40,352 bases of DNA from Candidatus Eiseniibacteriota bacterium (lineage in GTDB: Bacteria > Eisenbacteria > RBG-16-71-46 > DASYSL01): positions 1-40,352 of the forward strand of contig JANPEF010000133.1 of assembly GCA_031431875.1 (NCBI GenBank), given 5' to 3'. The notes under the pieces are model-generated. The model worked only from the letters and a program-made list of their open reading frames with translations. It had not been told where the DNA came from and made no database searches. Positions 1 to 10,313 of the stretch are shown here, piece after piece; positions within the stretch are counted from its first letter, which is position 1, and every line of letters begins with the position of its first letter. The position numbers were made by a program, and so were the translations under genes.

Positions 1-48
1 GGCAACGCAGGCGCCCAGGATGCAGGCGAGAAGCAGGATTCGGGACAT
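1..48 (-). CDS. 5' end of a probable exported protein running off the window edge (MSRILLLACILGACVA...)
   Basis: ATG at 48-46 with GGAGG about 9 nt upstream on the minus strand; hydrophobic, signal-peptide-like N-terminus; divergent from groES. Not in the ORF track. Confidence 0.6.
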   Translation of the reverse strand, partial: MSRILLLACILGACVA

Positions 49-116
49 GGTCCATACCCTCCGGTCGATGGCGCTTCGAACGGTGGGACGACCGACACCC
101 GCTGGTTGTCAGCGCA

Positions 117-140
117 CCAACTTGCTGCGCAGCAAGTTGG
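117..140. repeat. perfect 24-bp palindrome CCAACTTGCTGC-GCAGCAAGTTGG
   Basis: 117-128 is the exact reverse complement of 129-140; lies in the divergent promoter region. Confidence 0.85.
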
Positions 141-378
141 CAAGCGGGTTACTGGGATTTGGTCTTCGGGAAACGGGGCACCGATGTCCCTGCCTGTCGG
201 ACAACGACTTGCGGTGCGCCGGAGCCGGAGATTGGGGCGGCCGACGCGTTGAATGTTCTCTTATGAAACAGCTAGAGCCAAGTCTTCGACCCGAAAGGCT
301 CGGCTTGTTCTCAATTTCACAAGCACAAACCGATGTCCTGTGGCATCTTACGTTCAAGTCAGCGGCATCGTTTCGAGC

Positions 379-405
379 ATGGCGATCGCCCTGCTCGACT
401 GCTAC
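379..405 (+). promoter_or_regulatory. degenerate CIRCE (HrcA operator) candidate
   Basis: ATGGCGATC-N9-GACTGCTAC versus consensus TTAGCACTC-N9-GAGTGCTAA (left arm 5/9, right arm 7/9, exact 9-nt spacer), 120 nt upstream of groES. Confidence 0.5.
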
Positions 406-525
406 ACGATGACGCAACGCGCCGCACGAGGTCCCACGGCGGCGCATCGAGACGACACCGCTGGCGCTGTGAATCAGTCGACCCCGAAGCAACCCGATCA
501 CCGAAGGAACGAGGAGGAGTACCCC

Positions 526-2515
<1,990 letters not shown>

Positions 2516-2546
2516 GTCCCCGCGATCCGCTGAAAGAGGCATCATG

Positions 2547-2582
2547 CGCCCCGGGGGGTTCACTCCCCGGGGCGTCGTGTTT
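2547..2582 (+). terminator. intrinsic terminator of groESL
   Basis: Hairpin CGCCCCGGGGGG-TTCA-CTCCCCGGGGCG followed by TCGTGTTT. Confidence 0.75.
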
Positions 2583-2608
2583 ACGGGCGGTTCGCGGGGG
2601 AGGGTCGC

Positions 2609-3121
2609 GTGCGAAGCTGGCTGGGGCTGATCGTCGTCTTCGCACTGGGCGTCGGGCTCGGCGGCTGGTTCTTCGCCGGCACGAAGTGGCGGCCGTTCCT
2701 CGTCCCGGCCGGCGCGGGCCGCGGGCTCGACCCCGAGGAGCTGCGTGGGCTCGTCGGGTCGATCGCCGTGCGCCGCGCGCCCCAGGTGCTGCCCGACGTC
2801 GTCATGACCACGAAGTACTCGATCGCCTTCGAGTCGCCCTGGCCCGAGGCCCGCACGCACCTGGTCATCGTCCCCCGGCGCGACATCAAGGACCTGGCCG
2901 ACCTAAGGCGCGGCGACGAAGCTTACGTCATCGATGCGGTCGCGGTGGCGGGGCGCCTGGCGCGCACCCGCGGTCTCAAGCGCTGGCAGTTCTTCACCCG
3001 CGGTCCCGACGAGCAGACCGTGCGCTATTTGCATTTTCACCTGGTGTCGAACGAGATATTGCAACCGAAGGCGCCGGCGCCGGATCGTGAATCCGCCAAG
3101 AGCGATTCTGCAGGCCGCTGA
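2609..3121 (+). CDS. HIT-family protein with N-terminal membrane anchor
   Basis: AFESPWPEARTHLVIVPRRDI and QTVRYLHFHLV (HIT-like motif with the first His replaced by Tyr); hydrophobic residues about 4-23; GTG start after GGGGAGG. Confidence 0.8.
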   Translation: MRSWLGLIVVFALGVGLGGWFFAGTKWRPFLVPAGAGRGLDPEELRGLVGSIAVRRAPQVLPDVVMTTKYSIAFESPWPEARTHLVIVPRRDIKDLADLRRGDEAYVIDAVAVAGRLARTRGLKRWQFFTRGPDEQTVRYLHFHLVSNEILQPKAPAPDRESAKSDSAGR

Positions 3122-3305
3122 TCCTCGGCAGAGTCCCGGTGACCAGCGCTTCGCCCCTGCTGCCAGCGCCCCACGTTGCCGACTCGGACGAAGGTGACGA
3201 GATGGAGACCCCCCCGGTGTGACTCGGGGGGCGAGCGAAGACCTACCCCGCACGCAGGTGCGGATCAGCCTTCTGTTCAAACCGGAGGCTTCGGGAAATG
3301 ACGCG

Positions 3306-3758
3306 TCAAGGTTTCTTGCCGAGGACGATGATCGTCGATTGCATCGTAGCGACGAGCACTTCGTCGCCGCTCTCGCCGTCGGCCGGCAGCCCGAACACGT
3401 CGGCGCGGCAGACGGTCAGCGTGCGCCCGGCACGAAGAACCCGCCCGCGAGCCACGAAGTGCTGTGCACGGGCGGGCGTGAGCAGGTTGATCTTGAACTC
3501 GACGGCCAGCACGTCGGTCCCGGCGGGGGCCAGGGTGTACGCGGCGTAGCCGTTCGCCGAGTCGGCCACCGCGGCGAGCGCGCCGGCGTGGACGAAGCCG
3601 TTCTGCTGCACCAGATCCGCCCGCGCGGCGAACGTCAGGTCGACCTCGCCGGGGGCGACGTGCACGAGGCTCGCCCCCAGCGTGGTCATGAACGCCTGGC
3701 GCCCCAGGCTTTCGCGGACCAGGTCCGCGAAGTCGGGGTTCGCCGCGGTGAACGTCAG
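3306..3758 (-). CDS. PaaI-family hotdog-fold thioesterase
   Basis: QQNGFVHAGALAAVADSANGYAA, VEFKINLLTPA, GRVLRAGRTL. Start uncertain: CTG at 3758 overlapping the upstream TGA, or ATG at 3689. Confidence 0.88.
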   Translation of the reverse strand: MTFTAANPDFADLVRESLGRQAFMTTLGASLVHVAPGEVDLTFAARADLVQQNGFVHAGALAAVADSANGYAAYTLAPAGTDVLAVEFKINLLTPARAQHFVARGRVLRAGRTLTVCRADVFGLPADGESGDEVLVATMQSTIIVLGKKP

Positions 3759-6109
3759 CGCGCTGTTCCCGGCAGGAAGAGGACCTTGCGCGAGGAGTCG
3801 GCCGGTCCGGTGACGACGCGGACGAAGTAGACGCCCGCCGGCGCCCGTCCGCCTGCATCCTGCCGTCCATCCCACACCAGGTCGTACACGCCGGCCGAGG
3901 CCGCGCCGTCGCGCAGCAGCGTCGCGACACGCCGGCCGTTTGCGGCGAACACCGCGACGTCGAGCGCACCCGCCGTCGGAACCGTGAGCGCAATCGCCGT
4001 CGACGTCGTGAACGGATTCGGCCACGCCGCCGACAGGGCGATGCCCGTGCCGCTCACGCCCGCCAGCGCGAGACGCGGCGAGGCGTTCGGCGTGGTGAGG
4101 CCGACGCCGTCGCCGGCCGCGAAGTCGGACGATGCGACGGACAATTCGCCGCCGGGGGCCGCCCCGTCGCGCAGGCGCAGGCGCAGGATCGCACGCGTTT
4201 CTCCGCCGCTCAGCGTCACCGGCCCAGCGCCCCTGAGGGCGCCGAGGTCGAGGATCGCCAGCCGCGCGTGCCCGGGGCTCGCCTCGTGGAGTGTCCACCA
4301 TGACGTCGGCGTGTCGGCGAACGCCACGTCGAGGAGCTCGTAGCGCGCATCCGGGTAGGCGATGTCGAGCCGTGCCGCGGCCACGGCGCTCATGCCGCCG
4401 AGCCGGACGGGAACTTCGAACGTGCCGTCCGCAGCCGGCTGGGGCAGGCCGAAGCGCACCGCGATCTCCGGCGCATCGCGCAGGCCGCCAGCCGAGTCCG
4501 GCGGACCGTCGCCGCCCAGCATCGAGCGCACGCAGCAGAACACGTCGTCGAGGTTGAACGTGCCGTTGCGGTCGCAGTCGAAGACCTCGCCGAGCGAGTC
4601 CCCCGGACAGGCGAGGCGCACGTTCGACGGCGGCGAGAGGCAGTTGATCATCACGACGAGGTCGCGCACGTCCGAGTGGCCGTCGCCGTTCGCGTCGCAG
4701 CGTGTGGCGCGGCACAGCGTCGCGACGTTCGGTCCGGGGTAGATCCCGATCACCGGGCAGCCCCGGATGCCATGGCCCGCCACGTCGGAGACGATGAGGT
4801 CGACCGCGGCGAGATGCACCATGTCCGGCGTCACCACGTCAAGCAGGCCGTCGTGCGTCACGTCGACGCGCAGGAACGGCATCGGCGACCCGAACTCCGT
4901 GGCCGCGATGGGCGTGGCTCCCGGCCCGGCGAAGGCGATGAAATGGCCGCTGCCGTCGTTCGAGTACGCCACCTGCCATCCGGGCAGGAAGGCAGTGACT
5001 CCGCTGATGCGGAGCGCGCCCTGGTTCTCCAAGCGCAGCCGGCCTTCGACGCCGGCGATCGGCATGCGCGAACCGACCTCGAGGGTCAGCGTGGTCGTGC
5101 CGTTCGTGCGCCATGGCGCGGTACAGCGCGGCGGGTTTTCGGGGTCGGGGCTTCCTCCGGCGTGGGACCACGCCACGTTGTAGCAGACATCTCCCGGCGG
5201 CGGAACCGAGGTCGAGCACGAATCGGCGACCGTGAACGGAAACCGTGCACTCGCGAGGAACGACCCGATCGAGTCGGGACTGCACCAGTCGCGCAAGTAC
5301 GCCTCGATCGGGAGGTTGTACGTGTATGCACCGAGGTGCGGCAGCGCGGGCAGGCGCACTCTCGCCGACCAGGGATGAGGACCGAGCTGGCACGGACGGC
5401 CCAGGCACGAGTTGATGCCGTACGTGAGGCGGATCGTCGGCGGGTGCGGGAGCGGATCCATCAGGGCCGACGGGAACAGCTCGAGCCCCGTGAGGGCGAT
5501 GCAGTCGTCGGGAAACGTCCCCGCGAGATGGACCTCGATCGAGTCGCCGGGGCAGGCGCGCGCGGGACAGCCCTCACACGGCGTCGGCTTGCCGATGATG
5601 ACACGTTCCAGGTACGGGATGCCGGTCGGCGTTCCGCAGTCGGGGGCGACCGAGAACGTGAGGAGGTCGTGCGCCGGCGACGTGGGCCAGGACGAATCGG
5701 GCGGAGACGTGACGTAGTCGATGAGGAACGTCGGCTGGATCGCGACGTTGCCCGCCGCGAACCGGCCGAGGTGGACGATCGCGCTGTCGGGGTTGCACGT
5801 TGCGCACACGATCGCCGGATTCGCGGTCAGGCGCACCATGACGCCGCGCGTCGAGTCGAACGTCGCATCGATCAGATCGACCTGGCACTCGCACAGCATG
5901 AAGCGCAGCGAGATGTCCTGGCCGGCGCACGGTCGTGCGGGAACGGTCTCCCACGTCATCCCGAGGATTGTGCGGCGAACGATGGGCGGGTCTTCGGATG
6001 CCGCGACAGGGCCGGCAGCGATTGCGGAGAAACCAAGGGCGAGGGCGAGCAGGAACGCGAGGGCGCGTGGGGACCGGGGACGGGACTGCCCCGGGTGGAC
6101 TGGGTTCAT
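3755..6109 (-). CDS. secreted Cys-rich protein with cohesin-like, dockerin-like and cohesin-like domains and a C-terminal FlgD-Ig (T9SS-CTD-like) domain
   Basis: SD AGGAGG before ATG 6109; signal peptide; paired Ca-loop repeats DANGDGHSDVRD and DCDRNGTFNLDD; C-terminus AWPNPF...VFAANGRRVATL...WDGRQDAGGRAPAGVYFVRV. Confidence 0.8.
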   Translation of the reverse strand: MNPVHPGQSRPRSPRALAFLLALALGFSAIAAGPVAASEDPPIVRRTILGMTWETVPARPCAGQDISLRFMLCECQVDLIDATFDSTRGVMVRLTANPAIVCATCNPDSAIVHLGRFAAGNVAIQPTFLIDYVTSPPDSSWPTSPAHDLLTFSVAPDCGTPTGIPYLERVIIGKPTPCEGCPARACPGDSIEVHLAGTFPDDCIALTGLELFPSALMDPLPHPPTIRLTYGINSCLGRPCQLGPHPWSARVRLPALPHLGAYTYNLPIEAYLRDWCSPDSIGSFLASARFPFTVADSCSTSVPPPGDVCYNVAWSHAGGSPDPENPPRCTAPWRTNGTTTLTLEVGSRMPIAGVEGRLRLENQGALRISGVTAFLPGWQVAYSNDGSGHFIAFAGPGATPIAATEFGSPMPFLRVDVTHDGLLDVVTPDMVHLAAVDLIVSDVAGHGIRGCPVIGIYPGPNVATLCRATRCDANGDGHSDVRDLVVMINCLSPPSNVRLACPGDSLGEVFDCDRNGTFNLDDVFCCVRSMLGGDGPPDSAGGLRDAPEIAVRFGLPQPAADGTFEVPVRLGGMSAVAAARLDIAYPDARYELLDVAFADTPTSWWTLHEASPGHARLAILDLGALRGAGPVTLSGGETRAILRLRLRDGAAPGGELSVASSDFAAGDGVGLTTPNASPRLALAGVSGTGIALSAAWPNPFTTSTAIALTVPTAGALDVAVFAANGRRVATLLRDGAASAGVYDLVWDGRQDAGGRAPAGVYFVRVVTGPADSSRKVLFLPGTAR

Positions 6110-6129
6110 GAGCGAGCCTCCTGTGAACC

Positions 6130-6170
6130 TCGAAGGCCCCAAGGATACTCCCCCGGGGCCTTCGATCCAA
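6130..6170 (-). promoter_or_regulatory. sigma70-like promoter (TTGGAT-17-TATCCT) overlapped by an 11-bp inverted repeat
   Basis: TCGAAGGCCCC (6130-6140) and GGGGCCTTCGA (6155-6165) flank the -10 hexamer; could instead be an intergenic RNA hairpin. Confidence 0.45.
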
Positions 6171-6188
6171 CCCTTGGTCCGGGTCCGA

Positions 6189-9100
6189 TCAGGGCACGAT
6201 CACGACCGGTCGGGACAGCCGGCGGCCCCCGATTTCGAGCTCGGCGTAGTACACGCCGGCCGCCAGGGCCAGGCGCCCGCCGCCCAGCGCCACCCGGTGG
6301 TCGCCCGGCGCCAGCGCGCCGTCGACCAGCGTCGCACGCACGCGGCCCGCGACGTCGACCAGGCGCAGCCGCACCGCGACACCGTCGCCGGAACGCACGC
6401 CCGGCACGCTGAACACCAGCGCGCCGCCGCGGGCGCTCGCCGGGTTCGGCACCGCGCCGCGGAACGCCAGCGCCACCGGGGCATCGACGTCGCCGGCGTC
6501 GGTGGTCGGTGCTCCGATGTTGCACGCCGCGTAGCGCAACTCGCCGGCGAACAGGTTCTCCTGCCCCCCCGACGTGAACCAGTCGTAGCCGTCGTGGAAA
6601 CCGCCGGTCTCGGGCTCGCGGTTCATGCACAGCACGGGCTGCTCGTTATCGGCGCGCGACCAGCCGAGCTGCTCAACGCGCACGAACTCGGGCGTGTACA
6701 GGTAGACGACGGTCAGGTAGTCGAGGTCGGTCGTGAACGCGCCGGGCTCGCCGCGGCGCAGCGCGCGCTTCTCGGTCGAGCCCAGCCGGCCGAACAGGGT
6801 GCCCGGAACACCGATGCGCTGCGTGCCGTCGTTGCTGCCCAGGTACCAGTTCGTGAAGTCGACGTCGGACGAGCCCGGGTTGAACAACTCGATCGCATCG
6901 ACGCTGCCGGCCGGCGGGTTCCAGAACACGCGCGTGGTGAACAGCGAGCTGCCGAGCTGCGTCGACGTGCCCGAATTGTCCGTGCCCGGCGTCGGGCTCG
7001 ACGTCGAGTTGAAGTCGTTCGCATCGTTGCCGGTGTCGCCGCCGTTGGGCAGGCGCGCGGTCGAGATCTCGACCGAGTCGCCGGGCGCCAGCATGGTGAA
7101 CTCCGGCGCGCGCGCCGCCGGGGCGATCGCCGCCGGCAGCGCCGGCATGACGGGAGCGCCGCCGCGATAGCCGTAACCGACGCGGTCGACCAGCACGCCC
7201 GCGGGCGAGTACAGCTCGAGCACGGCGCCGCGATCGGGCAGATAGCCCTGGATCGGATCGAACACGCGGTCCATGAAGTCGTAGTCGACGAAGAAGTTGA
7301 GGTCGGGCAGCACGCCGCAGGGCGTCCCGGCGACGATGTCGCTCGATCCGCCGCGGAGCTGCGTTTCGTCGCCGGGCGGCGTGCGCAGATCCGAGGAGCA
7401 GTCGACGACCCGACCGGGGGCGCCGTCGACCACGAGACGCCAGCCCTTGAGCTGGAAGTCCTGGCCCGTCGTGTTGTAGAACTCGACGAACTCGTCGACG
7501 TCGCCGGGCGGGTGCGCGCTGAACTCGTTGATCAACACGACGCCGTAGAGCGTGTCGCGGGCGTCGGCCCCGAACAGGCGCAGGCCCTGCCACTCGGTGT
7601 CGTTCTGGCTGCGCAGGTAGGCGAAGCCCATGCGATCGGCCTGGCCCTTGAGACCGGCGCCGGGCACGTCGGTCGGCGGGTCGTTGGTGTAGGCGAGGGG
7701 TGCGGGGTCCGGAAAGCTGGACTGGCTCACGTTCGTGCGCCGCAGCTTCAGGTCGACCTGCGAACCCCCGAGCTGGCTCCACACGGTGAGAAAATTGTAG
7801 CCGCTCGACATCGCGATCGGGTTCGCCGGCACGTAGCTACCGGGGCCCAGCGGCGCCGAGTCGCAGTTGAAGCAGAAGGGACGACCGCCGAGCCACGTCG
7901 CGGTCGGGATGTAGAGCCCGGGGCCGTCGTTGTCGACGCGCTCCTGGTAGGTGACCAGCCACGAGTCGCCGTTCCACGCGATCTTCGGCTGCTCGAACAC
8001 GCGGCCCGCCTCGTTGCGCACCGTCTGCTCGAAGCTCGAGACCTCGAAGTTGTCGACGTAGACGAAGCGGCCCATGATCGATCCCGTGTCGGGCAGGGTG
8101 CGCTTCTGGTAGACGATGAACGATTCGCGGTTGTCGCCGTCGACGATGCGCGGCGGCAGCTGCGGCCGTTCCTCCTGCACGCCGGCGGCATTCGTCACCA
8201 CGACTTCCGCGCCGGTGGGCGCGCCGGCGACGACCTGGATCGCCCAGATGTCGCGATCACCCACCACGCGCTCGTCGGTCCACGCGACGACCACGATTCC
8301 ATCCCGCATGTGCTGCGCCGTGGGATCGAGATGATTCCACGCGCCCGCGACGACGATGAAGGTGTCGATCGGCGCGCCGCCCGTGGTGAAGCGTGCGCCC
8401 ATGATCGCCCGGTGGCCGCCGCGCTCCTCGGCCCAGAACAGGTTGAAGTTCGTGCCGTCGAAGCACGCCGAGGGCTGCTGCTGGTCGAGACCCGGCCGCG
8501 CGGCGACGGACGAGATCAGCGAGGGCGCCTCGAAGCGCGCGCTGTCGGTGACCGCGTAGCGCAGCCGGCCCTCGGTCGGGCCGTAGCGATCGTCGACCCA
8601 CGCCATGAACCAGCGGTTGCCACCGAACGAGAGCGCGGGCTGCGTCTGGTTCGGGGTCTGCGTCGAGATCACGAACGCAGTGCCGGGCGAGTCTCCCGCG
8701 CCGACGATCGCGCCCACGACATCCTGCAGCGGCTTGGGCGCACTGGTGCCCGTCTCCGGCGCCGACCACGCGATGATCGGCGTCGCGCTGTCGCCGCCGA
8801 ACGTCGCCTGGCCCAGCGTACCCGACGCGGTCGACACGTCAACGCGGCCGCCGGACGCATTGCCGTTGTTCGCGACCGCGCGCAGAAACTGTCCTGCGTC
8901 GTGTTGCGACCACGCGACCAGCCAGTGCGCGCCGGTGTGCGTCACTGCCGGATTGCGGTCGTCACCCGCCTCGTTCGACAGGCGCGTGCCCCCGGGATCC
9001 TGCACCGCGCCGGTCGCGTCGACGCGTGAGGCGTAGACGTCGATGCCGGCGGTCGCGTTGCGCGAGTCCTCCCACGCCACGAGCCAGCCGTCGACGCGCG

Positions 9101-9911
9101 CGCCCACGGCGGGCATCGTCTCGCGGCTCGTACCCGCAGAGATCGCGAAGTCGGCCGCGTCGACGCGCACCAGCGCGGGCGGACCGGAGATCGAGCGCTC
9201 GAGGCGGAAGCCATAGATGTCGGCGTTGCCGTTGCGCGCCGTCTGGAACACGACCACGGCAGTCGGTTCGTTGACGGCGATCGCAGGAACCTGGTCGGTG
9301 GGCCCCGCTCCGACCGAGAGCTGCACGGGGGCGACCTCGAGCGAGCCGTCGGACGCGACCACCGCGCCGAAGATCCGCGAATCGGCGCCGCTCACCGCCC
9401 AGACGATCGCGTGTCCGCCGCCCAGGCCGGCCGCGGCCGGCGTGCGCGAGGTGAACGCCCCGGTGTAGACGTCGATTCCCGACGGGTCGAGCACCTCGCC
9501 GTCGGTCGCGACGCGCGCGGCCACGATGGCGCCGTCGCGGTCCCACACCACGAGCCAGTTCGTCCCGTTCCACGACACCGTGGGCCCGAGCTCATCCCCG
9601 CCGGTCGAGGCGATCGCGATCCCGTTCGGGTCGAGCACCGTGCCGTCGTTGCGCACGCGCGCGGCGTAGATGTCGCGACCCCCGCTGCGGGAGTCGGTCC
9701 ACGCGAACAGCGTCACCGAGTCGTTTGCCGCGGCCGCGACGTCTTCCTGCATGCGGACGGCGTTGATTTTCGTGGGATCCAGCGCGGTGGGGGCGCTGAC
9801 GGCAAGGCCGGCGGCGGAGGCGCGCGACGGTGCAAGGGACAGAGCGAACGCCGCGACGACGAACGAAGTGACGGCGAAGCCGAAGTGGGGGACGACCCGG
9901 CGTGACGGCAT
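6189..9911 (-). CDS. large secreted protein: about 14 beta-propeller-like repeats, two lamin-tail-like (LTD) domains and a C-terminal sorting-like Ig domain
   Basis: Signal peptide; repeats of the type AWxDxR...DIYAxRVxxxG; LINEF...DEFVEFYNTTGQDFQLKGWRL and DAIELFNPGSSDVDFTNWYL; C-terminus AVPNPA...LVDVAGRVRATL...LAAGVYYAEL. Confidence 0.8.
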   Translation of the reverse strand: MPSRRVVPHFGFAVTSFVVAAFALSLAPSRASAAGLAVSAPTALDPTKINAVRMQEDVAAAANDSVTLFAWTDSRSGGRDIYAARVRNDGTVLDPNGIAIASTGGDELGPTVSWNGTNWLVVWDRDGAIVAARVATDGEVLDPSGIDVYTGAFTSRTPAAAGLGGGHAIVWAVSGADSRIFGAVVASDGSLEVAPVQLSVGAGPTDQVPAIAVNEPTAVVVFQTARNGNADIYGFRLERSISGPPALVRVDAADFAISAGTSRETMPAVGARVDGWLVAWEDSRNATAGIDVYASRVDATGAVQDPGGTRLSNEAGDDRNPAVTHTGAHWLVAWSQHDAGQFLRAVANNGNASGGRVDVSTASGTLGQATFGGDSATPIIAWSAPETGTSAPKPLQDVVGAIVGAGDSPGTAFVISTQTPNQTQPALSFGGNRWFMAWVDDRYGPTEGRLRYAVTDSARFEAPSLISSVAARPGLDQQQPSACFDGTNFNLFWAEERGGHRAIMGARFTTGGAPIDTFIVVAGAWNHLDPTAQHMRDGIVVVAWTDERVVGDRDIWAIQVVAGAPTGAEVVVTNAAGVQEERPQLPPRIVDGDNRESFIVYQKRTLPDTGSIMGRFVYVDNFEVSSFEQTVRNEAGRVFEQPKIAWNGDSWLVTYQERVDNDGPGLYIPTATWLGGRPFCFNCDSAPLGPGSYVPANPIAMSSGYNFLTVWSQLGGSQVDLKLRRTNVSQSSFPDPAPLAYTNDPPTDVPGAGLKGQADRMGFAYLRSQNDTEWQGLRLFGADARDTLYGVVLINEFSAHPPGDVDEFVEFYNTTGQDFQLKGWRLVVDGAPGRVVDCSSDLRTPPGDETQLRGGSSDIVAGTPCGVLPDLNFFVDYDFMDRVFDPIQGYLPDRGAVLELYSPAGVLVDRVGYGYRGGAPVMPALPAAIAPAARAPEFTMLAPGDSVEISTARLPNGGDTGNDANDFNSTSSPTPGTDNSGTSTQLGSSLFTTRVFWNPPAGSVDAIELFNPGSSDVDFTNWYLGSNDGTQRIGVPGTLFGRLGSTEKRALRRGEPGAFTTDLDYLTVVYLYTPEFVRVEQLGWSRADNEQPVLCMNREPETGGFHDGYDWFTSGGQENLFAGELRYAACNIGAPTTDAGDVDAPVALAFRGAVPNPASARGGALVFSVPGVRSGDGVAVRLRLVDVAGRVRATLVDGALAPGDHRVALGGGRLALAAGVYYAELEIGGRRLSRPVVIVP

Positions 9912-10313
9912 GACCCATCCTCGCAGCGCTCGCGCGCACTAGAAGGGGGAGGTCTCAGTGAACCGACCGCAGGCGTCACGTGGACGACAGATGGGCGGGC
10001 GGACTCGAATCAACCGGGGGAAGGCCCGAGAGGGCGGGACCCCGATTGGGGACCATCCATGGCTCCGAAAGGCGGCCCGAAGCATACTCCCGGGGGCGAG
10101 GGCAGGCCAGCGCCGATTGCGGCCGTTGGTGGCCAGGGCACGGCGAAATCGCAGAGCGTGCCCCGCCGGCTTCGCTGGCATACGATGGTTGGGCCCACTT
10201 GATCGTGGGTCGACGGTTCTCGGAAAACCAACCGTTGCAGGACAACGAGTTACCGGGCCATGACGGGTCGAGACCGCCCCGAGTCGCCCGACCCACAATC
10301 AAGAGGGCACAAG

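Noticed and set aside
341..357. Sigma-54-like TGGCATC upstream of groES, and GGCACG near 10150-10165
   Set aside because: The -12 GC is missing or wrongly spaced.
253..525. N-terminal extension of GroES in the ORF track
   Set aside because: A strong SD and the family N-terminus place the start at 526; the extension covers promoter and CIRCE sequence.
3130..3250. Cobalamin-riboswitch-like words (CCGGTG, GAAGACCTACC)
   Set aside because: Lacks the GGGAA and GCCACTG core and lies between convergent 3' ends; kept only as a generic structured-RNA candidate.
5721..9029. 1102-aa plus-strand ORF, and similar long ORFs (4676-6412, 10322-12571, 23610-26045, 28546-30594, 32060-34093, 36916-39006)
   Set aside because: Arg/Ala/Gly-rich with no motifs, and they overlap well-supported genes on the other strand or frame.
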